Of a stretch of 64,000 bases of DNA, positions 34,499 to 44,564 are shown in pieces. The DNA is from a virus: positions 1-64,000 of IMG/VR virus record IMGVR_UViG_3300045988_120893, one strand, 5' to 3'. Within the stretch, counting starts at the first letter, position 1. The number at the start of each line of letters is the position of its first letter. A program made the position numbers and the translations under genes. The notes under the pieces were generated by a model. That model saw nothing but the letters and a program-made list of their open reading frames with translations, had not been told where the DNA came from and ran no database searches.

Positions 34499-35902
34499 TT
34501 ATTCTGCTGTGAATCTGAACTGATATGTGAGGTAGATCTTCTCTAAGCTGTCTTTGTCGTTTGCTTCAATAACAAAGTAGGCATAATCAGAACCTCTTGT
34601 TTTTGTTGTGTCTTCTGAGAATACAGCACCGTCCATCAGTTTACTTTCCTTAATCATTGCGTCAAGTACATCCTGACCTCTTAACACGCAATCTCCGACA
34701 CCGATATCATCACAGTCAACTTTGCCTATAAGCGGTGCAAGCGCTCTGTCAATTCTATCGAACATCTCGAAACGTGTGGAAGTCCTTCTGATCTTCTTCC
34801 ATCCGTCGTCCTGATTCTCACCAGGAATGACAAGTGTATTGACAGCCGAATCAAACCACACCTGCCCCTCATCATTCGGAGAAAGAAGAACCATTCCACT
34901 GCTGATTGCCTGCTCATACTGAGAATTTTTCAGGACTTCAAGAGTGTTCACCGCTCCCGGAATGACTGTATGTGTTGCCGACTGGTTGCTTTCCATAGAT
35001 CCAATGATTCCGGCCTGTACTGCGATTGCTTTGTATCCATCAACCTTATTGCTGTCAGCATCCTCATATCCGCTTCCGAAGTAGATAATCTTTTCGTCAT
35101 TGAAAGAAGATGCATGTGATTTTCTCGTGTCAAAATCTACGGTTGTAGGCTCTCCCAATGCACATACACCCAATGCACATTCAAGGAAGATACGATTGAT
35201 GTACGACTTAACCAGTGCGTGAACGGCGGTGTCTACCGTATCAATCACAAGCATATTCCACTTGAACGGCTCGAAAGCTGTAAATGCTTCTGAGTAAGAC
35301 TCCGTGTTGACGGTCGGGTCTGTTCCTTCTGAAAGCTGTGTCCCTGAAACGTTAGGAACCGTTCCGTCAGCAGATTTTGTCGCTGTAAGGTAAATGGAAT
35401 TAGAATTGATAGCTTCTACAAGGTTTGCACTGTCTGATGCACCAGACGCAAATTCAATCGTTTCCACTAATTCTGCTCCGTTGTATAAGAGCAGCTGTTT
35501 AACTCCTGTTTCCCCTAACTTTTCTTTCACTGTGATGCTGAACGGAATGGATGTAGGGTACTTTGTCTTGATATTCACAAGTGTAGTTTCAGATTCAGAA
35601 ATGGCAACCTCTCCATTTGTTCCGCCTGATCCAAGACGGTACACATGTACTTTTGTAGCACCGCCATCAAAAAGTGCAAGAACTGCGTCCGCTGTTCCTT
35701 CTGTTCCGTATGTATTTTTGAAGTCTTCAATATCATCTCTGGAATAGGATGATACTGTTGCAAGTGGACCATTCATTGCATGAATTGCGATAGCGAACAC
35801 ACCATAGACTGCGCCAGGTGTATCACTGGAACCTACATTCTCATATCTTCTGTAAACTCCTGGACGTATTTTTTTCTCTCCTAAGTTATAAAAAGATCCC
35901 AT
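34499..35902 (-). CDS. Contractile tail sheath protein (XkdK-like)
   Basis: 467 aa. MGSFYNLGEKKIRPGVY... is a typical sheath N-terminus. Gene order sheath-tube-chaperone-TMP. Confidence 0.9.
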   Translation of the reverse strand: MGSFYNLGEKKIRPGVYRRYENVGSSDTPGAVYGVFAIAIHAMNGPLATVSSYSRDDIEDFKNTYGTEGTADAVLALFDGGATKVHVYRLGSGGTNGEVAISESETTLVNIKTKYPTSIPFSITVKEKLGETGVKQLLLYNGAELVETIEFASGASDSANLVEAINSNSIYLTATKSADGTVPNVSGTQLSEGTDPTVNTESYSEAFTAFEPFKWNMLVIDTVDTAVHALVKSYINRIFLECALGVCALGEPTTVDFDTRKSHASSFNDEKIIYFGSGYEDADSNKVDGYKAIAVQAGIIGSMESNQSATHTVIPGAVNTLEVLKNSQYEQAISSGMVLLSPNDEGQVWFDSAVNTLVIPGENQDDGWKKIRRTSTRFEMFDRIDRALAPLIGKVDCDDIGVGDCVLRGQDVLDAMIKESKLMDGAVFSEDTTKTRGSDYAYFVIEANDKDSLEKIYLTYQFRFTAE

Positions 35903-35904
35903 GT

Positions 35905-36129
35905 TTATTTAACCTCCTTTTTTTTGAATTTGTTTACGATTTCTTTTGCTTCGTTGACGGTAAATTTGTCCTTGCCTGACGAAGCAAGAGCAGCTTCCAC
36001 AATATCCGCATTTGCCCCTACGGATTCAGGGGCGGATGCAAACTCTTCTATTGTGTAAGTAGGCTCATTTTTAACAGGCGTTTTCATTTCTGACTGTTTT
36101 GTCTGCGTTTTGACATTGTTATTCGCCAT
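35905..36129 (-). CDS. Small hypothetical protein (74 aa)
   Basis: Start moved to MANNNVKT (AGAGAGG SD). Confidence 0.5.
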   Translation of the reverse strand: MANNNVKTQTKQSEMKTPVKNEPTYTIEEFASAPESVGANADIVEAALASSGKDKFTVNEAKEIVNKFKKKEVK

Positions 36130-37015
36130 ATTTAACCTCTCTTTCTGCATTGATTCCTTCTATGCGTATGTTATTTAATTTTTGATGTATCTTTTCCGTA
36201 AGTACACCATAAGTTGTTCCTACAACAACCTGTCCAACCCTCATAGGGTCTGCTGAAAGGTTCACGTTTGACTTATCAATCAGCATAGGTGAACCATCAT
36301 CAAGCATTATTCTCGTTGCATGTACCAGAAGCTGTATGATCTGCTTTGCGAAAGATGCCCTCACATTATCGCTTGGTGCCATGATGTGTATGTGGATTTC
36401 CGCTCCAATCCAGTCAACGGAATATGTGCTTTTCATCCTCTTGCTTTCACTTAAATTTGAGACTCTGCAATAAATAGCTGGGGATGTATCTAAAGGTTTC
36501 CATGTTTCCGGTAGTTTGTCATTCCCGATAACATGAGCATAAGGGTATAAAGTTTTTATCCAGAGGTTTGTAGAGGAAATCGGGTCTGGGGATTCCGTTG
36601 TATATTTTGGATATGCAATGACATCAAACACCAGAGTCGTTCCGATTATTTCATCATCATTGCCCTGCATGAATGGGTTGCAGTTCCTCCACTGGGAAGA
36701 TATTGTGATTTCTTCATTGCTGAAGAAACAGCCATCAACCGCCGTTTTCACTGCGTTTTCCAAGTCTTCAAGCTGTACCGAATCGGAATTGTTTTCACAC
36801 ATGACATCAATCATAAGCTGTCCGGAAACTTTCCTCTCCGGGTCTGCCTGCATATCAAGGTCAAATATAATACGTGGATATTGCGATTCTCCCCAGTCCA
36901 CGTCCGTATCGTCCGGTGCTTTTGTCTGGAATATTGCCGGTATACCCGACCATGAGGTCAGATTTCCTGTCAATTCTTCGCAATCACAAAGATATTTGTA
37001 AATAATTCCTTCCAT
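36119..37015 (-). CDS. Hypothetical neck/tail-terminator-region protein (298 aa)
   Basis: Position between the HK97-gp10-like gene and the sheath gene. The two halves look like a tandem duplication. Confidence 0.55.
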   Translation of the reverse strand: MEGIIYKYLCDCEELTGNLTSWSGIPAIFQTKAPDDTDVDWGESQYPRIIFDLDMQADPERKVSGQLMIDVMCENNSDSVQLEDLENAVKTAVDGCFFSNEEITISSQWRNCNPFMQGNDDEIIGTTLVFDVIAYPKYTTESPDPISSTNLWIKTLYPYAHVIGNDKLPETWKPLDTSPAIYCRVSNLSESKRMKSTYSVDWIGAEIHIHIMAPSDNVRASFAKQIIQLLVHATRIMLDDGSPMLIDKSNVNLSADPMRVGQVVVGTTYGVLTEKIHQKLNNIRIEGINAEREVKYGE

Positions 37016-37031
37016 TCCGTACCTCCAAAAT

Positions 37032-37484
37032 CTACATGTAAGGCTCCCTGTATATTTGCCTTATCCTTTCCATTGCCTGTTCCTGAATCTTTTCCTTGTA
37101 TGGCCTTGGTGCTATTCTTCCACCGCCATATTCGAGTATTGCACCCAGAAGATGTCCGTTGTCTGTCCTTGTCCTGTTCTCAATGTAAGATCGAACAGAA
37201 ACTTCCGAACCGGCTCCTGACGTTATCTCCTGTCTAGGTTGCCATCCATTCCGGAAAGTTCCGGTTCTTACTGCTGGTGGTTCTCCAGGAGCGGATGCAG
37301 TATAGTATTGTGATGTTCCTGGTACACGGTATCTACTACCGCTTCTCTGCCCTCTAAGGACAATCTGGGAAGCATTTCTCAATTCATTAGCCGCCCTCAT
37401 TCCCCTTGACCGTACACCTAATGAAATATTCTGTGCTATCTCTTCGAAAGTGGATTCTATCTGTGCATTATAGTTTTCAGCCAT
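37032..37484 (-). CDS. HK97 gp10-family tail-completion protein
   Basis: ...NELRNASQIVLRGQRSGSRYRVPGT..YTASAPGEPPAVRTGTFRNGW is characteristic of the family. Confidence 0.8.
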   Translation of the reverse strand: MAENYNAQIESTFEEIAQNISLGVRSRGMRAANELRNASQIVLRGQRSGSRYRVPGTSQYYTASAPGEPPAVRTGTFRNGWQPRQEITSGAGSEVSVRSYIENRTRTDNGHLLGAILEYGGGRIAPRPYKEKIQEQAMERIRQIYREPYM

Positions 37485-37845
37485 CTTTCAGGTCTTTCCT
37501 TTCCTCAACAAAGTACCGCATCATATGATTCAGTTCTCCGGGGTTTCCGGTTCCCTGCACATAGAAATATCGGTCTTTCTTTCCTGGTTCTGATAGCACA
37601 AGATAATTCGTTGCTATTGCTGAGTTTGCAATTCCCTGTTGTACGATTTTGTGTGTGATCGGGTGTGATTTCTGCTTCCACTGTTCGATTTCTTTCTGGC
37701 TTGCTGTCGCAAGTATGCCTGTGATCGTCCCTGTGGCTTCATATGCGGTTTTTTGAACTCTTCCCTTACTGTTTACTGCCTTTCCAAGTTCCATCACTGA
37801 GAACCGCTTAAAACCCTGTCCTGGTCTCATGTTAGGCATAAGCAC
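37477..37845 (-). CDS. Head closure / head-tail adaptor protein
   Basis: 122 aa. Position, and the ...YFYVQGTGNPGELNHMMRYFVEE pattern. Confidence 0.65.
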   Translation of the reverse strand: MLMPNMRPGQGFKRFSVMELGKAVNSKGRVQKTAYEATGTITGILATASQKEIEQWKQKSHPITHKIVQQGIANSAIATNYLVLSEPGKKDRYFYVQGTGNPGELNHMMRYFVEERKDLKDG

Positions 37846-37850
37846 ACCCC

Positions 37851-38345
37851 CTATCTGAATTTGTTCGGATTGGACAGCATGTCGTAATGAAAATACATGT
37901 CATCTCCGTTCCTTCCGCCTAAAGCGTTCGGATTGCAGATAGGGACTGCTGCCTGTGCATCTTTCTTCAAGTCATCATACATGGCCTTCCAACGTTCGTA
38001 CCTTTCACTCAGTGAGTAGGATAATCCGTCTGTGCTTGTGTTGACCTCATAGGCCATCTTCATGACGATTGCTTTCAGACACTTCACTTTCGCCTTTTTC
38101 CAGGAAGAGGTACTGCCAATCATGGCAGCATACTCTTCATCACATAGAGGACAGGTAACATCCCCAAGGTCAACGATTGTGTCGCCAAGCTCAAAACGCA
38201 TCTGGTCTACACCTTTATCGCATATCTTAGACGGGTCATATGAATATGTTCTTTTTGCTGTGGTTGGTTCTGTGGGTGTTTCAGTGGGTGTTTCAGTGGG
38301 TGTATCGGTGGTTGTATCGGTGGTTACTTCTGTTGCATCATCCAT
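37851..38345 (-). CDS. Head-tail connector (gp6-like) with Thr/Pro/Glu-rich N-terminus
   Basis: TDTTTDTPTETPTETPTEPTT, then a conserved-looking body. Called by position. Confidence 0.55.
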   Translation of the reverse strand: MDDATEVTTDTTTDTPTETPTETPTEPTTAKRTYSYDPSKICDKGVDQMRFELGDTIVDLGDVTCPLCDEEYAAMIGSTSSWKKAKVKCLKAIVMKMAYEVNTSTDGLSYSLSERYERWKAMYDDLKKDAQAAVPICNPNALGGRNGDDMYFHYDMLSNPNKFR

Positions 38346-38361
38346 GACTTACACCCCCTGT

Positions 38362-38784
38362 TTATTCTTCCGGAGGTTCGACAAGTTCGTTTACTAAGGA
38401 ATCTACACGTTCTTTCACGGCATCCTTCACTACCTTTCTTCCGTCTACTGCATCCATCAGGATAAGAAGGTCGTTTGATTCAACAGAAGATATGATTTCA
38501 GCAATTTTTGCTTTTTCTTCTGTTGTTTTCACACCGATCTGCAGAACGTCAGTGAATACCGTAAGTTCAGATTCCGTTACAGTTACATAATAGTCTTCGC
38601 TTTCGAGATGGATAGGAATTGTGAATTTCACTTCTTCCGCCTGTACCTCTCCATCATTCATGATAGCGATTGTTCCACGTTTCGCCTGCGCTTCTGGATT
38701 CTCTACGACATCCGCCGGTACTTCTTCTCCGATAAGATATCTTTTTCCAGAAAATGTGCAAGGAATCTGTGCAATAAGTCTCAT
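38362..38784 (-). CDS. Hypothetical head-module protein
   Basis: 140-aa ORF after the capsid gene. Confidence 0.6.
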   Translation of the reverse strand: MRLIAQIPCTFSGKRYLIGEEVPADVVENPEAQAKRGTIAIMNDGEVQAEEVKFTIPIHLESEDYYVTVTESELTVFTDVLQIGVKTTEEKAKIAEIISSVESNDLLILMDAVDGRKVVKDAVKERVDSLVNELVEPPEE

Positions 38785-38805
38785 AATGCACCATCCTTTC
38801 CGTGA

Positions 38806-39834
38806 TTAGACAGCTTCCTTACCGAACACCGCAAGGTCATCACAAGTTTTCTTCATGTCGAATGACATTAATCCCTCAATGAACTCTGAATGGGTTCCCC
38901 ACTCTCCTTCATGCTGGAGAACAGGCATGTAGTTTCCATCTCCAAGCATATCCCATGTGAAGATGTATCCAGCACTAGGTTCTTCAATAGATGGAGCAGA
39001 AGGTGCATAAGTAAGAAGAAATGCATCAGGATCACAGATAAACTCCATGTTCTCTGACTGTCCAAGTTTCGCATTGTTCCAGATAGAACCGAATACAACG
39101 ATCTTCTCTACTCCGAACAGCTGTGAAAGTACGTTCTCTGTGACTGCTGCCGGATTCGCTGTAGTTCCGCCGTATTTGATTCGTTCAAGAATCGCCGGAT
39201 GCTCTTTCAGTGCGTTAAACACATTGATTCCTAATCCTAATTTGTTAGGTGTCCGTCCGGTTTTCTCTTTCATCTCAGTTTTACGAGAATCAAAGAACTT
39301 GATAGGCTCTGAGTTGTCATCAGAGAATTTGATGAACTGATTTCCTGATGCGCTTGCGGAAACACCGCTCCACTCATTTGTCCATGCACCGGATTTGAAA
39401 TAAGCATTTGCGAAAAGTCTGTCCTGATGGATGTTAGCCTGCTGTGCCATTGTCTTTGTCTTCATGATACGTGGGTCTTTCAATCCGTTTGGTCCCTGTC
39501 TTCTCACGTCGTCTGTTCTCTTAATCAGGTCAATACCCATAATCATCTGATCCACCTGACAGTTATAGGTATCTGAGCTTTCTCCTACGATTGCAGGGTC
39601 AACCTTTCCGTATGCCGGTTTTCTCTCCCATGAATCACGGAGTAAATCCTCTCTGGAAAATTTGTAGTAGTTGTCGCTTGATAACTGAACCTGGCAGATT
39701 GGGAAAAGTTCTTTCGCCTTTCCTGCTCCTGTCTGGAAGAATGACATAGCCATGTTCGTAAGCATTGTATGTGGTCTGAATGTTCCTTTTGCGATTCCTA
39801 CATGAATCGCACCTGTAGAATTGAATCCTGCCAT
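38806..39834 (-). CDS. Major capsid protein
   Basis: 342 aa, preceded by decoration and scaffold genes. Strong SD (AAAGGAGATAAAAGACAATG). Confidence 0.85.
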   Translation of the reverse strand: MAGFNSTGAIHVGIAKGTFRPHTMLTNMAMSFFQTGAGKAKELFPICQVQLSSDNYYKFSREDLLRDSWERKPAYGKVDPAIVGESSDTYNCQVDQMIMGIDLIKRTDDVRRQGPNGLKDPRIMKTKTMAQQANIHQDRLFANAYFKSGAWTNEWSGVSASASGNQFIKFSDDNSEPIKFFDSRKTEMKEKTGRTPNKLGLGINVFNALKEHPAILERIKYGGTTANPAAVTENVLSQLFGVEKIVVFGSIWNNAKLGQSENMEFICDPDAFLLTYAPSAPSIEEPSAGYIFTWDMLGDGNYMPVLQHEGEWGTHSEFIEGLMSFDMKKTCDDLAVFGKEAV

Positions 39835-39852
39835 TGTCTTTTATCTCCTTTC

Positions 39853-40272
39853 TTATGATGCTGGTTTCTGGTATTTGTTGATGATGATGTGGCAATATTC
39901 TCCGGATTTTGCCGCTGTCTTAGCAATGCCAATGACAAAATTACCGGCTGTTGCCACTACTGCACATCCGTTAGCGTCAGATGCAAGCTCTGCTCCCTTA
40001 GTGATTTCACCGCCAGCCTTCACAAATCCAATGTCCTTAATCTGTACGGTTACATCTTCGCCTTTTGCAACTTTTCCTGATTCTTTACCTGTGATATCAT
40101 TCGCCCCATCTTCTATGATAGTGATACCGACTGCAACCTCTCCGGCTTTAGCAAGCACTACATCACCATTTGAATCATACTTCGCAATCTTGCAACGTGC
40201 ATCTTCAATTTCCGCTCCTGCTTTCTCTACGATAGTAGGGGACTGGTTGATCTGTGTTCCGATATAATTCAT
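39853..40272 (-). CDS. Head decoration protein (DUF2190-like)
   Basis: 139 aa, Gly/Ala/Val-rich beta protein directly upstream of the capsid gene. Confidence 0.65.
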   Translation of the reverse strand: MNYIGTQINQSPTIVEKAGAEIEDARCKIAKYDSNGDVVLAKAGEVAVGITIIEDGANDITGKESGKVAKGEDVTVQIKDIGFVKAGGEITKGAELASDANGCAVVATAGNFVIGIAKTAAKSGEYCHIIINKYQKPAS

Positions 40273-40291
40273 AATCTGTAACTCTCCTTTC

Positions 40292-41383
40292 TTAGTTCAT
40301 GTAAGATTCGTCATAAGCCGCAATAAGTTCCGGGTTCTGCTCCCATGCCTTGGCGATTGACTCATGGTAGCTCATTGTTACGTCAGACTTTCTGATTTCA
40401 GCCGCAAGTGCTTCAATCTTTCCCTCTGCTTCGCTCTTACCTACGGAAACATAGGAAACACCATTGCTTCCGCTCTTGCCGATTTCAGCGAACATACCGC
40501 TTTTCTCTACGATTGCTACCTGTTCATCAAGTGCGTTCACATAGGATTTATAAACTTCCTCTCCTGCTGCTTTCATGTCGCATAATGTCTTAGCAAGTTC
40601 CTCTGGCTTCTTGCCAATGATTTCATACTTCTTAGCAACATCTGTGAACTCTTTCATCTCCATGCTCTTTCTCAGCTGTCTTACAGCTTCAAGTTCTGCT
40701 TCAAGAGATTTTTTAACATCTGGTTTCATTTCCGGATCGTCCTCTCCTTCCGTTGGCATCATTCCATCTGTTTTCTTCTTACATGATGGCTTGCCACAGC
40801 TTGCCTGTACCGGCTCAGGGTCATTCATGTCATCTTCTGCTTTCTCCGTCTTACAAGCCTTTGCAATCAAAGCATCTAACTGTGACGCTTCCTCAGAGGT
40901 TAAAAGGCTCTTATCGACATTTTCTAAACTGATTCCCATATCATCACATCCTCCTTTACTGTTATTTTTAGTTAATGGGTAATCTATTGCGTCATGTGTT
41001 GATTTCTCAACCTGACCACTAATAGAAGATAGGTAATCTTCCATTGTGTCCGTAAATTCATTTGTGCTTTTTTCAAGCATCTCAATTCTTTCCTGGTCGG
41101 AAAGTGTTGTGTCGGCCATGATAGAGTCATAGGACTTAGCAAGACATTCCGTGAAATAATTGAAATCGTCTGATGACTTCTGTATGTCAAACAACGGTTC
41201 GTCATCTCCTAAAATAGCCTTTTTCAGTGCTGATACGATTGATTTAAATATTGGCTGTTTCTCAATATCTTCCTCATAGTCGGCACTCTTGCATAGTTTG
41301 ATATATGCGTCAGGATTTGCACCTCTACGCACAAAATCAACACTATTCAGGTTCATTTTCTTTAACTTGGTTGGTTGTTTCAT
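40292..41383 (-). CDS. Capsid scaffolding protein candidate
   Basis: 363 aa, acidic and helical, with an N-terminal SVDFVRRGANPDA motif. Called by position. Confidence 0.55.
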   Translation of the reverse strand: MKQPTKLKKMNLNSVDFVRRGANPDAYIKLCKSADYEEDIEKQPIFKSIVSALKKAILGDDEPLFDIQKSSDDFNYFTECLAKSYDSIMADTTLSDQERIEMLEKSTNEFTDTMEDYLSSISGQVEKSTHDAIDYPLTKNNSKGGCDDMGISLENVDKSLLTSEEASQLDALIAKACKTEKAEDDMNDPEPVQASCGKPSCKKKTDGMMPTEGEDDPEMKPDVKKSLEAELEAVRQLRKSMEMKEFTDVAKKYEIIGKKPEELAKTLCDMKAAGEEVYKSYVNALDEQVAIVEKSGMFAEIGKSGSNGVSYVSVGKSEAEGKIEALAAEIRKSDVTMSYHESIAKAWEQNPELIAAYDESYMN

Positions 41384-41398
41384 TGGTTACTCCTTTCT

Positions 41399-41584
41399 TT
41401 ACAAGTCAATGGTTCCATTTTCTGATTCCAATTCTTCATCTTCTGCTTTGTTCATTTCCTCAATAGCTTTGATAACTTTGAATGATGCACCTTTTACAGG
41501 TACCATCTTTCCGTCATCGTCATACTCCCATGAATCCATATTGTCTCTTAATACTTGTGGTAATGTTGCTGACATCGTAATCAC
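41399..41584 (-). CDS. Small hypothetical protein (61 aa)
   Basis: ORF in the head operon. Confidence 0.5.
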   Translation of the reverse strand: MITMSATLPQVLRDNMDSWEYDDDGKMVPVKGASFKVIKAIEEMNKAEDEELESENGTIDL

Positions 41585-41588
41585 TCCT

Positions 41589-44327
41589 TTACTTTAATAT
41601 TCCAGCCGCTTTCATGAGTGCTAAACACTCCGGACTAGGATTAGATGATCCATTAAATTCTGCAAATGCTTCTGCGAATAGTTCTTTTGCATTTTTCGTA
41701 GCATATTTGCTGATTTTAGATGCAAAATCCTTTGTATTTGGGTGGTTCCCACCATATATTTTTCCTGTTGCTTTCTTAAAAACTTCCTTTTCCCATTTGC
41801 CGGATCTCTTATTCATGATAAAATCAATTTTTTTACTACCATCAAAATTTGATATTGTCTCATTTGCTGCAACTCCAACTGATTTTTTTGCTTGTATTCC
41901 ACCGATAACATGACCATATTCATGCCATACAATATCTTTTGCTGTCGTTCCCTTTGGATGGAAACCAATATCACAATCCGCTTTGTATTGCTGTTCTAAT
42001 GCTTCCAGTCCGTTTCCGTACAGCTTGGAAGATAACTTTAATGTCATTCGTCCTGTACCATCTGTTTCAATGCAAGCGTACATTCTACCGGATGATGACA
42101 TCTTGATTTCTTGTACAGCTCCTTTTGTTTCAGGATATTTAGACTGAATATCTGCCACTTGCTTATTGATGTGATTGATTGTATCAATATCAAGTTTGGT
42201 TCCGTAACTTGCTTTTTCAAATCCAAGTTCTTTTACTGCATATTCGGTTGCCGCTTTCTTAGTTTTTGCAGGTGTGAAATTGCTTTCTTGTGGTTTTTCT
42301 TCCTTTGGCTTCTCTGCCTTAGGTTTTTGAGGTTTCGGTTTTTGAGGTTTCGGCTGTTTATTGCCCGGCGCTGGCTTTGTACCGCCAAGACCGTATGCCC
42401 TGCCGATTGTTTCGTGGGATAGAGCGGATTCTCTTGCTATTGCCATTGCTCCGGCTCTTGTGTTTGGGTTAGCGGAAAAGGTTCTCGCTTGCTTGTCTGG
42501 GTGTCCGATCCATGAGCTATTCATGAAACCTCCGCCTGTTGCAAATCTACCAAGGCGGTCATGATAAGGGTTGAATTTTAATATTTCATCAAAACTCTTT
42601 GATACTTTACCGCTTTTGTAATATACCCAGTAATTATCTCCTAGATGCTGTTCATATCTTATCCCTTTTTTCTTGAAGTCTGACAAGATAGTGTTTTGTT
42701 TGTCTTTAGGTATCTGTGTATATAAAATATCTCTCTTACGATTAAAACTATCGTTTTTATCGTTGTTTAATCTGATATTGTGCTGATGTTCTACATAATC
42801 AACAAAATCATTTTTATTCTTTACATCTGAATAACTTTCAACTTTCTTTTTAGGTTTCTTTTCAGTTGTTTTCTTTTTATTGTTAGCGGATGCCATTTGT
42901 GAAGCACGTTCTTTCGCTCTTTCTTTCTCCCTAGCTATTGCGTTATCGTGGGCTTTACTCTTTCCTGGGGCATATGTGAAAGAAGCATAATTTCCACCGC
43001 TCCCAGATGTGAACCGTCCAAGCCTATCGTGATATGGATTGAACTTCAAAACTTCCGAAAAGGTCTTAGCAACTGTTTCAAATGGTTCATTTTCTGACTT
43101 CGTAACCGGCTCATTTACCGGCTCACGGACTGCCTTGCCCTCGATAGAGAACATATTGTATGTACCATTCTTGATTTTCTCCCATGTATCATCATCATCC
43201 ACATGAAATCCTATCCACCATCCAACCGGAACTGTTCCTTCTGGAATACCTATTGCTTTCATCTTCTCCGGAGTGAAAACACAGGACTCAACCATCTTGG
43301 CTTTCTTTCGGAGCGTTCCGATATGTTCCTCTCCCGCATCCCTGAATCTAAGTACATAATCATATGCACCTTTCTCCAGCTCGTCCGGTTCCACGATATC
43401 TCCTTGGTGGTCTACAATCGTTTCTCCGTCCGTCCGTTCTGATACCAACGCCCAGCCGAATACAAGACGCTGATCTTCGTCTGCTTTGGCAATATTGAAT
43501 GTTGGCTTTTTCATACTATCCTCCTCCGACTTTGTTATATCCTCATCACTCGAAGGTTTTTTATTTGTTACCGATTTGATTTGATGAGATTCAAATACTG
43601 CGTACACATCAGAAGGTTTCTCTTTGGAACTTCCATCTCTAACATTCTTGTACACAACACCATCATATCCGTTAGATTTTGCGTACTTTGCTATCTGATC
43701 TGTTGATGCATTAGAAGAATCCACCTTCTTACGCTGTAAAAAATCGTAAAATTTGTTTATTCCTTTTCCTTGTAGTTCCGGTGGAAGTTCTATTGCGTTC
43801 CATGCATTGCTATGACAGTCAATAACCAATGGGTTCTTAGCGTTCAGATAGCAAGTGTAAACCTGCTTTTCTCCGCCCATGCTATTATCAACGCTGTAAT
43901 ATTTATCAATCATTTCTTTATTTGTGGAAAAGAAATGTGCTGCACCACTTACATTGTTAGAATAAGATTGACTTGAATCAAATACAGTAAATCCACCATC
44001 CGGTGTTCCATGATAGACTTCCAGAAGATTCCCGTTATCATCTCTCATTTTAGAGTCTTTAAAAAAGTTCTTCTGTTCTTCTGACAGCTTATTTCCTGTA
44101 CTGCTTACTTCTGCCTCTCCAGCCTGTCCACTGCTTTCTGAAGAAGTCGCCGCCGCCGCTCTTTCCTTTTCCCTGGCGATAGCGTTATCGTGTGCCTTGC
44201 TCTTTCCGGGTGCATAGGTAAATGATGCATAGTTTCCGCCACTACCGGAGGTGAACCGTCCTTTACTGTCGTGGTAGGGGTTGAACTTTTCTATTGTTGA
44301 AAATGTCTGTGCTTTCAGTGGCATCAT
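41589..44327 (-). CDS. Polyvalent head protein: ART-like + XkdF protease-like + HExxH metallopeptidase-like domains
   Basis: KFNPYHD(S/R)xGRF motif at aa 14, 428 and 584. VYHGT...HFFST...VFESHQ (aa 104-249). XkdF-like FGWALVS..DHQGDIV..MFSIEG (aa 275-400). Pro/Lys linker (aa 650-680). WHEYGHVIGG (aa 801-810). Confidence 0.8.
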   Translation of the reverse strand: MMPLKAQTFSTIEKFNPYHDSKGRFTSGSGGNYASFTYAPGKSKAHDNAIAREKERAAAATSSESSGQAGEAEVSSTGNKLSEEQKNFFKDSKMRDDNGNLLEVYHGTPDGGFTVFDSSQSYSNNVSGAAHFFSTNKEMIDKYYSVDNSMGGEKQVYTCYLNAKNPLVIDCHSNAWNAIELPPELQGKGINKFYDFLQRKKVDSSNASTDQIAKYAKSNGYDGVVYKNVRDGSSKEKPSDVYAVFESHQIKSVTNKKPSSDEDITKSEEDSMKKPTFNIAKADEDQRLVFGWALVSERTDGETIVDHQGDIVEPDELEKGAYDYVLRFRDAGEEHIGTLRKKAKMVESCVFTPEKMKAIGIPEGTVPVGWWIGFHVDDDDTWEKIKNGTYNMFSIEGKAVREPVNEPVTKSENEPFETVAKTFSEVLKFNPYHDRLGRFTSGSGGNYASFTYAPGKSKAHDNAIAREKERAKERASQMASANNKKKTTEKKPKKKVESYSDVKNKNDFVDYVEHQHNIRLNNDKNDSFNRKRDILYTQIPKDKQNTILSDFKKKGIRYEQHLGDNYWVYYKSGKVSKSFDEILKFNPYHDRLGRFATGGGFMNSSWIGHPDKQARTFSANPNTRAGAMAIARESALSHETIGRAYGLGGTKPAPGNKQPKPQKPKPQKPKAEKPKEEKPQESNFTPAKTKKAATEYAVKELGFEKASYGTKLDIDTINHINKQVADIQSKYPETKGAVQEIKMSSSGRMYACIETDGTGRMTLKLSSKLYGNGLEALEQQYKADCDIGFHPKGTTAKDIVWHEYGHVIGGIQAKKSVGVAANETISNFDGSKKIDFIMNKRSGKWEKEVFKKATGKIYGGNHPNTKDFASKISKYATKNAKELFAEAFAEFNGSSNPSPECLALMKAAGILK

Positions 44328-44481
44328 ACACCGCCTTTCGTTCGTGGGTGTTTCCGTGGGTTACTGTGAGGTTTAATGTTATCGTAATATATCTCTTATC
44401 AGAATAATACATTATTTCTTTTTTCGCAATTCTTTCATTAGAAATTTTTTGAAAATTCTGTAAGAAATTTCGTTATAGGTA

Positions 44482-44542
44482 TTGTAAATACTCTTTGTGT
44501 GGTATAATGTATTTGTAATGAACACAGAACAATACAGAATAA
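44482..44542 (+). promoter_or_regulatory. Promoter P4 with tandem ACAGAA box
   Basis: TTGTAA (44482-44487), 15 nt, extended -10 TGG-TATAAT (44500-44508), then TGAACACAGAACAATACAGAATAA (44519-44542). The spacer is homologous to P3. Confidence 0.55.
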
Positions 44543-44564
44543 AGAAAGGAAATAGGTGGTAGAT

